Shown: positions 27,145 through 35,010 of the stretch, piece by piece
Layout: the number at the start of each line of letters is the position of its first letter
How positions within the stretch are numbered: position 1 is the stretch's first letter
NCBI GenBank assembly: GCA_029856155.1
Contig: JAHQWL010000054.1
Location: 1 to 35,010 of the forward strand
From: Promethearchaeia archaeon
Lineage (GTDB): Archaea > Asgardarchaeota > Lokiarchaeia > Sigyniarchaeales > SOKP01
Reading direction: 5' to 3'
DNA: 35,010 nt
Notes under the pieces: model-generated
The model's input: the letters and a program-made list of their open reading frames with translations, nothing else
Told to the model about the DNA's origin: nothing
Databases searched by the model: none
Program-made: the position numbers and the translations under genes

Positions 27145-28120
27145 TTTCTTTGTATTCATTATAACTCTCTTATCACTTAGTATTATAATAATTGGATGGA
27201 GAAATCAATTTTCAATAATCACAAGGTTATCTCTTATGGCAATTATTCTCATTATTTCATTCTATTACTTAAGTAATTTCTTAGAGTGGTCAGGAATTAG
27301 CGATGTTTTCGTAAATATTGAAGATTATATAGCAATATTAGCTCCTTTAGCTTGGTTTTTTTTTACGTATACATTTATACAGAAAAAAAATGAAAAAAAT
27401 TTACGAGAGAATCAAAAAAATATAGAAGAAGCATATAGATATACAGAATTTTATAAAGATTTATTTACTCACGATATTAGAAATATACTACAAAATATCC
27501 TATTAGCTGATAACATTATTGAGCAATCTAATAATGATCAGCAAAAATTAGAGAATCTTCCCGAAATTTATGAATTAATTAAAGAACAAGTATTGCGAGG
27601 AGAAAATTTGATCTCAAACGTTACTAACCTCTCTGAAATAAGGAAATCACCTTTTCCACTTCACACTGTAGATCTTAAAAGTATAATTAATAAAACAATT
27701 GAGCATATAAAAAAATTATATGAACACAGAAATTTAATATTCCAAATCCCAGAACAAAATTTCATGTTAAAATCAAATGATTTACTAACGAACATATTTG
27801 AAAATATTCTGGTTAATGCAATAATACATAATAAAAATAAAACTATTGAAGTTGGGATAAAAACATCAAAATATAAACTCAATCAAATCCAATATATCAA
27901 AATTGAGTTTATTGATAATGGAGTTGGAATTTCAGATGACAGGAAAAAAGAAATTTTTATCACTCGCGAGGAAGAGGAAAGTAAATTTAGAACGGGTTTA
28001 GGCCTATCTCTCATAAAGAAAGTTATTGAATCTTACAATGGTAAAATCTGGGTGGAAGATAGAGTTAAAGGAGATTACACCAGAGGAAGTAATTTTATCT
28101 TGCTAATTCCCGAGGATTAA
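27122..28120 (+). CDS. Membrane sensor histidine kinase
   Basis: 3 TM; H-box THDIRN, N-box FENILVNA, G1 DNGVGI, G2 TGLGL. Confidence 0.92.
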   Translation: MNLIGIIDFFVFIITLLSLSIIIIGWRNQFSIITRLSLMAIILIISFYYLSNFLEWSGISDVFVNIEDYIAILAPLAWFFFTYTFIQKKNEKNLRENQKNIEEAYRYTEFYKDLFTHDIRNILQNILLADNIIEQSNNDQQKLENLPEIYELIKEQVLRGENLISNVTNLSEIRKSPFPLHTVDLKSIINKTIEHIKKLYEHRNLIFQIPEQNFMLKSNDLLTNIFENILVNAIIHNKNKTIEVGIKTSKYKLNQIQYIKIEFIDNGVGISDDRKKEIFITREEEESKFRTGLGLSLIKKVIESYNGKIWVEDRVKGDYTRGSNFILLIPED

Positions 28121-28210
28121 ATTTTTTTTTAAACGTAGATATTTTTTGAGAAAAAAATTTGGATTTTTTAATTTAGAGCCATTAAAACCCTCAATTAAAG
28201 CTTATAACTA

Positions 28211-30127
28211 TTAATTTGAAAGTAATAAATGTCTTTGTTCCTCTATCTCTGCAAGAAAAAGGTCTACAATTGCTAACCATTTGTTTTTTGATTCCAAATC
28301 GCTTATAATTTTACTTGTTAACTCTTTTCCTCTCTTAAGATTCTGAATTGCTAATTTAAAATTTTCGAGTGCTATATAACAAATTCCAATTTTGATATAA
28401 GTCTGGTGGATGAACCACTCATTTGGATCAATTTTTATTGCTTTTTGAAATTCTTCTATAGCTTTTTCATACTGTTTAAAGGTTATTAAGATTTCTCCGT
28501 ACGTATCGTAATAAAGTCCCTCTTCTGGTTCCTTTTCTACAAGTTCCTGAAGGATCTCCAATGCTTCTTGTTTTCTACCCAGATAAGACAACCAATACGC
28601 CTTATAATTATGAAGAGAATTATCTTTTGGGTATTTTTCTAATAAATTTTCAATAATTTCTAATCCCGCTTCTAAATTTTTATCTTTTTTAAGAGTAAAT
28701 GCTTTTTTTATCATAATATCAATTTCATTCTCAGGAAATAGCTCCATCATTTTCTCTAATACCATCAATACATCATTGTATTGGTTAAAATAGAGTAGAA
28801 CCCTAATTTTTGAATTATATAATTCATAATTTTTTGGGCTCAAGTTGATTTCTTTATCAATTTCTTTAATTTTTTCTTCGTATTGAGATTCTAAAGTTTC
28901 AGAGTTCTGTGACAGCATAATTTCTGTCATGTTCTGCCATATAATTCCTTCTAGTTTATCATATGTCTCTTCTTTTAATTCTTTTTTTATCTCAATTTTA
29001 TATGCTAGATGTTTTATGTACCTTGGTAAAAAGTCTCTCAAGGATTCCTTGAATTGCTTGTTGAATAATGTTTCACAAATTTCTTCAAGAATATCATTTA
29101 TAATTGAATTTAGGCTCCCAGATCTTCCAAATTTTTCCAAATATTTGTTTGCTGCAATATGTTCTTCAGTGATAGCTCGAAGTATCTTCTCTAATTTTTG
29201 ATCTGAATGAAAATAATAATATTTATTAGAAGATATATCTAATTTAAAAAACTTTAAGTTATATAAATCGCTTTCTATAATCTCATTCACCCAAAAATCA
29301 AGAATTCTCTTTTTTAATTTATAAAATCTCGAAAATTCTTCAAAAGATAGATAGTCAGGATAAAAATCGGGATGATTTATCGAAATAAAGAGTAATATCT
29401 TATAAAAATCCTCTTCTTCTTTTAAGATTGCCTTAACTTCTGAATAATCTAATTTTAAAACCATATTGAGAAACCTAAATTTAACATGATCATCAGTTAT
29501 ATTGAATTTACCAAAAAATTCTGATGTTTTGTTAGTAATTTTATCTATTCGTTTTCGCTCCTCCTCTAAAATTGTTTGTCTGTCCAAGTTATAATTTAGC
29601 AGAATCTTCGAGTATTCTGATTTCCCTGCCTGAGTAATTATATATCTTTTATTTTCTTTGATGAGATAACCCTTTTGAATTAATGAATTTAAGCTTTTTG
29701 ATAATGAAGATTGATTTATAGAGAATGGCTCTTCTAGAAAATCAGATCTTTTGCAAAAACCATTATTATAAACCATCCATAAAATCCAATGAGAATAATT
29801 CCTTCCCCTTTTTAAGATTACATTAGGGGGATAACTTAATATTCGTTGTTTTTTTTTTTCTTTCGATAACTCATGAAATCTCTTTTTTCCTTCCGAAGTT
29901 ATTCTGTATTGTCCTCGCGAATACTTTTCTATGTATCCTTTGAGAATTAGTTTTGTAAAATGACGTGATAATGTGGATATAGGAATTTCAACTGGCTTTT
30001 GTTCAAAATTAGACCATTCACAACTTTCATTATTTGCTAACATCCAAAGAATTATATGGTCGTAATTTTTTCTTAGCTGTTTTGAGGGGTTAAGAATCTC
30101 GTCAGATGGATAATTTAGTTTTCCCAT
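28211..30127 (-). CDS. Tandem winged-HTH + TPR regulator (paralog 2)
   Basis: Colinear homology with 19919..21820 (NYDHIILWML, LDRQTILEEE, YYDTYGEIL). Confidence 0.8.
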   Translation of the reverse strand: MGKLNYPSDEILNPSKQLRKNYDHIILWMLANNESCEWSNFEQKPVEIPISTLSRHFTKLILKGYIEKYSRGQYRITSEGKKRFHELSKEKKKQRILSYPPNVILKRGRNYSHWILWMVYNNGFCKRSDFLEEPFSINQSSLSKSLNSLIQKGYLIKENKRYIITQAGKSEYSKILLNYNLDRQTILEEERKRIDKITNKTSEFFGKFNITDDHVKFRFLNMVLKLDYSEVKAILKEEEDFYKILLFISINHPDFYPDYLSFEEFSRFYKLKKRILDFWVNEIIESDLYNLKFFKLDISSNKYYYFHSDQKLEKILRAITEEHIAANKYLEKFGRSGSLNSIINDILEEICETLFNKQFKESLRDFLPRYIKHLAYKIEIKKELKEETYDKLEGIIWQNMTEIMLSQNSETLESQYEEKIKEIDKEINLSPKNYELYNSKIRVLLYFNQYNDVLMVLEKMMELFPENEIDIMIKKAFTLKKDKNLEAGLEIIENLLEKYPKDNSLHNYKAYWLSYLGRKQEALEILQELVEKEPEEGLYYDTYGEILITFKQYEKAIEEFQKAIKIDPNEWFIHQTYIKIGICYIALENFKLAIQNLKRGKELTSKIISDLESKNKWLAIVDLFLAEIEEQRHLLLSN

Positions 30128-30177
30128 TATCTAAAAAAATAAAATATTTTATTCAATAGGTATAAATTGGGAACATT

Positions 30178-30298
30178 TCTATTTATATCTATTTTTCAAA
30201 ACTTCCACATCTTTTCGGAATTTTCAAGGAATTGCCGAAAGTGGAACTATATATGGATGGATAGGTGTACAATTAATTGATCATCATTTTGATGATAA
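30178..30298 (+). promoter_or_regulatory. Conserved promoter cassette copy C
   Basis: TCTATTTATATCTATTT; GGAATT at 30217 and 30228; GGAACTATATA at 30243; ATCATCA-TTT-TGATGAT. Confidence 0.55.
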
Positions 30299-30339
30299 AA
30301 TTCGATTTAAAACAAAAAAAAGAGTTGAATAAAAAAAAA

Positions 30340-31017
30340 ATGATAGTGAAAAAGAAATCAAATGTGACTAAAGGACTGTTCGCCGCAACATTTTTAATAA
30401 CGATCATCACACTTCTTACAACAGTGAACGCTTGTGTCTCTAATCGCGTATTATTCATTGCAATAGGAGATGATTTAGATCTCGATGGAACTACTAATAT
30501 TATCATAGGGAGTATTAATAAAGGCGATGAGCCCCCATCGGTGAAAGCAGTTTTCAATCAAAGAATCTATGATGAATCAGGTAAAAATGTGTATACGATG
30601 ACAGGAATGCTCAAAGATGGATTACTTCTACAAACCGATTTTTATTTTTTTTGCCCAATCTCCAATGCTTGGTGGATTCACGTTTGGATGATCATGGGTG
30701 AGGGAGTGTTTAAGACTACTGATACCAATTACAATTTAGTATATCGAAATTTGTTTCCAATTACCATGCCAAATACTGAAGGTGAATACATATCAGCACC
30801 GATGTTAATGTTTCTGACCCCTACAGCTGAATATTGTTTAGAGGATCCTGGTACATATCCCCCAGGAGAATATCCTGAAGTTTTTGTTGACCCAGAAGGA
30901 GCATGGGTCCTAGTTGCGGCATTATGGGATGTTGGCATCCCTATGGATGTGGGGTTTGGAGATGGTATATTGCCGATTGGTCCTATATCCTATTTGTCAT
31001 ATTCTTGGGGAATATAG
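30340..31017 (+). CDS. Secreted/lipoprotein-like hypothetical protein
   Basis: Likely start 30340: MIVKKKSNVTKGLFAATFLITIITLLTTVNA-C; P/G/W-rich acidic C-terminal part. Confidence 0.7.
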   Translation: MIVKKKSNVTKGLFAATFLITIITLLTTVNACVSNRVLFIAIGDDLDLDGTTNIIIGSINKGDEPPSVKAVFNQRIYDESGKNVYTMTGMLKDGLLLQTDFYFFCPISNAWWIHVWMIMGEGVFKTTDTNYNLVYRNLFPITMPNTEGEYISAPMLMFLTPTAEYCLEDPGTYPPGEYPEVFVDPEGAWVLVAALWDVGIPMDVGFGDGILPIGPISYLSYSWGI

Positions 31018-31141
31018 GTCCTAACACACATCGTCGATCATTTCAGATAAAAAATATTTTCTAAAATCTTTTTTTTTTTTAAAACCACATTGTTTATCAA
31101 TTTGATGATAGAATAAAAAAAAATTGAGTTGATTAAAAAAA

Positions 31142-31531
31142 TTGACTGAAATTAAAAAACTTACAAAAATCGCACTTATAGTGGATGCTATTATTTTTCT
31201 CATATTTGGGACCATGCTTGTCTTTTTATATGATGTGACATTGAATTATGAGGGTTGGACAAATCCTTTTCATGCAAGAGCTTTTGGGGGTATTTGTTAT
31301 ATTGGTGCCCTTTTCGCAGTTATAATGCTTCGCAAAAAGGAATGGGAAGAGATTAAATTAGCGTATTTATTTTTGTTTAGCTTGTGTGTACCGGTAATAA
31401 TTATTGAAGCTGCAGTATTAGCAGTGCTTGGGTCAACATTTAAGGCTGTCATGGTATCTCAAATGATCTTCGATTTGATTATAATTAGTGCAAAGGTAGC
31501 TCTTGGTTTTGTTGCTTATATCAGACAATGA
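31142..31531 (+). CDS. 4-TM membrane protein (paralog A)
   Basis: MTEIKKLTKIA..EGWTNP..RKKEWEEIKL; TTG start. Confidence 0.8.
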   Translation: MTEIKKLTKIALIVDAIIFLIFGTMLVFLYDVTLNYEGWTNPFHARAFGGICYIGALFAVIMLRKKEWEEIKLAYLFLFSLCVPVIIIEAAVLAVLGSTFKAVMVSQMIFDLIIISAKVALGFVAYIRQ

Positions 31532-31861
31532 GGATAAAGATAATAATTAAAAATATTTTTAAATTGAGTAAATTTTAACTTTTAATTTTTTTATTTTTTT
31601 TACTTATTCTTGTATTAATTACTTCCTTTATAATAGTTCCATACCTATTAGATTTATGTCGTATGATTTGAGCCCTCCATTACAAGAGAAGTGAGCACAA
31701 AATCTAAGCATCAAGATTAAGTTCCCTAAGTGTATATTTACAATAATGTATAATTAAGGGAAAGAATTTGTAATCCATCAATTTTAGATTTAGAATTTAA
31801 CCAAAAAGAATAAATAGGCGATTACCTAATGTTTTATTATAGATCTTAAAAATGACCTAAC

Positions 31862-33340
31862 ATGATAATAATCCTATATAAAATTAAGCCCAGTATTTAC
31901 CAAACACAGTTGACAGACTTTATTGGATTAAAATCCATAGAAAAATACTACATGAATGTTCCAAAAGATTACAGAATCGCCCGAAAGAAATTTCGATGGA
32001 TCTCTATACATCCCACTTGGGGGAAGCGAGCACCATCCATTGTATGTTTCTTGCCCAGATCTCAGAAAAAGATACAGGACTTCATAGATTGGTTGCCAAA
32101 ACTAAAGGATAAATACTTATATCGGTTCCCTCGTGTGAAAATCCCTCGTTTTAAAGATTTTGGAAAAGGAGTGATCTCTAAAATGGAATGGGATATGCAT
32201 CGATATCTAAAAGAATTTAACGGATTCTTTGAAAACTTATTTGAGTTTAATGATTTTAGCTTTTTCCAAGATTTACAAGGAATTCTTGAGAATCAAAGCG
32301 TGGCATTTAAGGATATGTTTATTGAAGATTTACTTGCATATGAAATGTTGCGAATTAACTTGGGCTTTAAAGATTACTCTGGAATTGAGAGAATGGGGAG
32401 ATTTCTTTCTTATCCGCCCTTATTTAGCATTACCCATGACCCTAAATTCTTTCCAAACGCACAAGATATCAGTTATGTATTAACCAGAATCCCACCTGAA
32501 GCGCTGTTTGAGTTTTTTCAGTTGTTGGTAAAAGAATGCATTGATTGTGGAATAATTGTCCCAAGAATCCTAATTTGGGATGGCCAATTCATACGCTCAA
32601 ATTGTAACAATAATAAAAAGAAAGGACACTCAAATTATACCGATCCCGAAGCTGGATATTGTCGACACAATGGTGTAAAGAAGGGCGTGGGTTATGATCC
32701 TGGAATATTATACGCTCATTGTTTTAATCGTTGGTTTCCCATTTATTTCAAGATGTTTGCAGGAAATCGGAACGATATATTTGCGTTTAGGGAAACTATG
32801 GAAGAATTTTTTACTCATACAGATTATGAATGGCAAGTACTCATCGCAGATTCGGGCCCCTATTCTCTGCAAAACATGGAGAATATTCGGTTTAAAGGGC
32901 TAATACCTATTATTCGAGCAAGGAAGAATCTGAAAACCCATCCTGTAAGGGAGTTAAAAAAAGGATTTTTTTTCAATACTGACTATATCCCAGAAGGATG
33001 GTCGGATGATTATTTTCTCAAGATCTATAGCTTTCGACCGATGATTGAACAAGGAAATTCATATAATAATACCTATTACAATGCTTTTCGGATGAATACT
33101 AGGGGAATGGACGCTGCAATAAAACTTCGATCAATTATTTATATTCTAGAACTGTTAAAAGCGCTGACTGCGTATAAATTAGGACGTCCTAATTTAATTA
33201 TGAAGCCTTCTGCTTTTGAATCATCTCGACATTCCAATTTTAGACAAATGCTTCCTTATGAAGCACAAAAATCGGGATATCTTTACTTCAATTCAGAGGA
33301 AATTTTACGCCGACGAATTAAAAATCGTTATGGCTTATAA
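31862..33340 (+). mobile_element. IS4/IS5-like DDE transposase (insertion sequence; ends not confidently defined)
   Basis: LIWDGQF (D1), LIADSGPY (D2), YSFRPMIE (Y-2-R-3-E signature); start may be 31952. Confidence 0.75.
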
Positions 33341-33433
33341 TTCTAGCTCGAATACTCAAGTAAATAAACAGAAAAAAATAAAAGGATTTAAAGTTAAAAT
33401 TTACTCAATTTGAAATTTATTTACTTTAAGCGT

Positions 33434-33832
33434 TTACTTTACTTGTTTGAGATAAGTAACAATTCCAAGTACTAAAAGCACAGCCATTAAGGGTGTAGTA
33501 GTTGTTAAAAAGGTTAGAACCGTCGAAGGTTGAAAAGTGGAGCCAAATATAGCTGTTACTGTAATTTCAATGATTAATGTCGGTAAAAAGAAACTATACA
33601 AAAATGTAAATGTCAATTTAATTTCTTCCCATTCTTTTTTGCGAAGCAATATAATTGCGAAAATGCTTACTAGATAAGCAATTCCCCCAAAAAATCTAGG
33701 GTAATAGGGGTTTGTCCAACCCTCAGGATTCATGGTCATATCATATAGAAATGTAAGTATAGTCCCAAATAAAAAACCAACAATAGCAACAATTACAATT
33801 GCGATTTTTGTAAGTTTTTTAATTTCAGTCAT
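33434..33832 (-). CDS. 4-TM membrane protein (paralog B, inverted copy)
   Basis: MTEIKKLTKIA..EGWTNP..RKKEWEEIKL, homologous to 31142..31531. Confidence 0.8.
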   Translation of the reverse strand: MTEIKKLTKIAIVIVAIVGFLFGTILTFLYDMTMNPEGWTNPYYPRFFGGIAYLVSIFAIILLRKKEWEEIKLTFTFLYSFFLPTLIIEITVTAIFGSTFQPSTVLTFLTTTTPLMAVLLVLGIVTYLKQVK

Positions 33833-33867
33833 TTTTTTTGATCAACTCTTTTTTATTAAATTTTGTT

Positions 33868-33990
33868 TTTATCATCGTTATGATGATTAATTAAAGGTTG
33901 AGCTAGAGTTATCTTTATAATTGTAGTTCCGATACTTCCGTGATAGTTCCGATAAATTATGGAAGTTCTATGAAATAGATATAAATAGAA
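33868..33990 (-). promoter_or_regulatory. Conserved promoter cassette copy D
   Basis: Reverse strand: TTCTATTTATATCTATTT..AACTTCCA..CGGAACTATCACGGAAGTATCGGAACTACAATTATAAAG..ATCATCATAACGATGAT. Confidence 0.6.
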
Positions 33991-34038
33991 AAAAAACCGA
34001 TCTATAATTTAGTAAATAACAAGAATTTTTCTCGACTG

Positions 34039-35010
34039 ATGGGAACCATAATTTATCCTCCAGAAAAGGTCTATAGACCTTCAAAGTTAAAAAAACCGAA
34101 TTATGATCACATTATTCTCTGGATGTTATATAATAATGAAGAGTGTACATGGTCAGATTTTCATCAAGAGCCTATAAAAATTCCTACAGGTACTTTATCT
34201 AGACACTTAGAAAAATTAAAACGTAAGGACTTTGTAGAAAACTTTTCCAGAGGCTATTACAGAATTACTTCAGAAGGAAAAAAAAAATTCCATGAACTTT
34301 CAAGCGCGAAGAAAAAGGCGCGTAAACTAAATTATCCTCCCAAAATTATTTTAAAAAGCGGAAGAAATTACTCTCATTGGATTCTATGGATGGTGTACAA
34401 TAATAATTACTGCAAAAGGTCTGAATTTCTTGAGACCCCATTAGCTATAAATCAATCTTCATTATCAAAGAATTTGAATATTTTAATTGAAAAGGGATTT
34501 ATAATAAAAGAGGATGGAAGGTATGTAATTACCCAAGCAGGGAAATCAGAGTATTCAAGGATGCTTCAAAATTACGATTTAGATAGGCAGACTATTTTAG
34601 AAGAGGAGAGTAAACGAATTGAAGAGATCACTAAAAAAACAATTCAATTTTTTGAGGATTATAATATTAAAAACGAAAATATACAATTTAGGTTTCTTAA
34701 CTATATATTAAGATTAAATTATGAAAGAGTAAAACCTATATTGAAAAATGAGGAAGTCTTTCATAAAATTTTACTTTTTCTTTCAATCAATCATCCGGAT
34801 CGATATCCAAACTTTATTTCTTCTATCGATTTTTCTAAAAAGTATAAAATTAAAAAAACTACGCTTGATTATTACGTTGAAGAAATTTCTGAAGGAAGAA
34901 TATACGCATTAAGATTTTTTAAGTTGAACCAACCAACAGGCGATCAATACTATTTTCAATCAGAAGGAGCACTAGAAAAAATGCTTCGTGTAGTTACAGA
35001 GGAACATATC
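34039..35010 (+). CDS. Tandem winged-HTH + TPR regulator (paralog 3; 3' truncated by window)
   Basis: Not in the ORF track; ATG 34039 gives MGTIIYPPEK..NYDHIILWMLYNNEECTWSDF..GRNYSHWILWMVYNN..LDRQTILEEESKRI, open to the window end. Confidence 0.85.
   Translation, partial: MGTIIYPPEKVYRPSKLKKPNYDHIILWMLYNNEECTWSDFHQEPIKIPTGTLSRHLEKLKRKDFVENFSRGYYRITSEGKKKFHELSSAKKKARKLNYPPKIILKSGRNYSHWILWMVYNNNYCKRSEFLETPLAINQSSLSKNLNILIEKGFIIKEDGRYVITQAGKSEYSRMLQNYDLDRQTILEEESKRIEEITKKTIQFFEDYNIKNENIQFRFLNYILRLNYERVKPILKNEEVFHKILLFLSINHPDRYPNFISSIDFSKKYKIKKTTLDYYVEEISEGRIYALRFFKLNQPTGDQYYFQSEGALEKMLRVVTEEHI

Noticed and set aside
31621-31645. Fifth GGAACT cassette (reverse GGAACTATTATAAAGGAAGT)
   Set aside because: Lacks the 11-bp spacing and a downstream gene; may be chance or a remnant
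31561-33411. 22-bp perfect inverted repeat as the IS terminal inverted repeats
   Set aside because: Each copy lies in the 3' flank of the duplicated 4-TM genes, so it is better explained by the gene duplication; a weak TAGAATT match (31791 / 33339-45) is too poor to call IS ends
703-33413. Short ORFs of 60-130 aa overlapping longer genes (e.g. 703, 1868, 3129, 4916, 5402, 6427, 6942, 8959, 9662, 12870, 16909, 18047, 19590, 22546, 22877, 27661, 28929, 30273, 30729, 32229, 32694, 33216)
   Set aside because: Antisense or out-of-frame shadows of well-supported genes with no recognisable motifs
1-35010. tRNA/rRNA genes
   Set aside because: No GC-rich cloverleaf or rRNA-like segment seen in any intergenic region

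Overview
AT-rich archaeal chromosome segment, most consistent with an Asgard archaeon (Lokiarchaeia). This is inferred from an archaeal/eukaryote-type uL16 (L10e) together with Rab-like, longin, ubiquitin-system and Loki-CTERM-like sorting genes. 1-13.3 kb is mainly metabolic: a B12 acyl-CoA mutase operon whose active-site residues are isobutyryl-CoA-mutase-like, two radical SAM enzymes, an SDR, TetR/ICMT with a palindromic operator, and a CoA-ligase alpha homolog lacking its phospho-His segment. 13.5-19.9 kb is the highlight. It holds a eukaryote-like ubiquitin module (Ubl ending GG-S, E2, E1, JAMM), an orphan C4C4 RING-like fragment, and three tandem longin + degenerate small-GTPase fusion genes that run directly into the JAMM-E1-E2 genes. 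The E2 and one longin-GTPase end in similar acidic, SIM-like hydrophobic tails. 19.9-35 kb holds three paralogous wHTH-wHTH-TPR regulators, each divergent from target genes across a conserved GGAACT-N5-GGAACT/TATA promoter cassette. It also contains a Rab-like GTPase, a 7-repeat surface protein, a histidine kinase, and an IS4-like transposase at the centre of an inverted gene duplication. All calls come from reading motifs by eye; no database searches were run.
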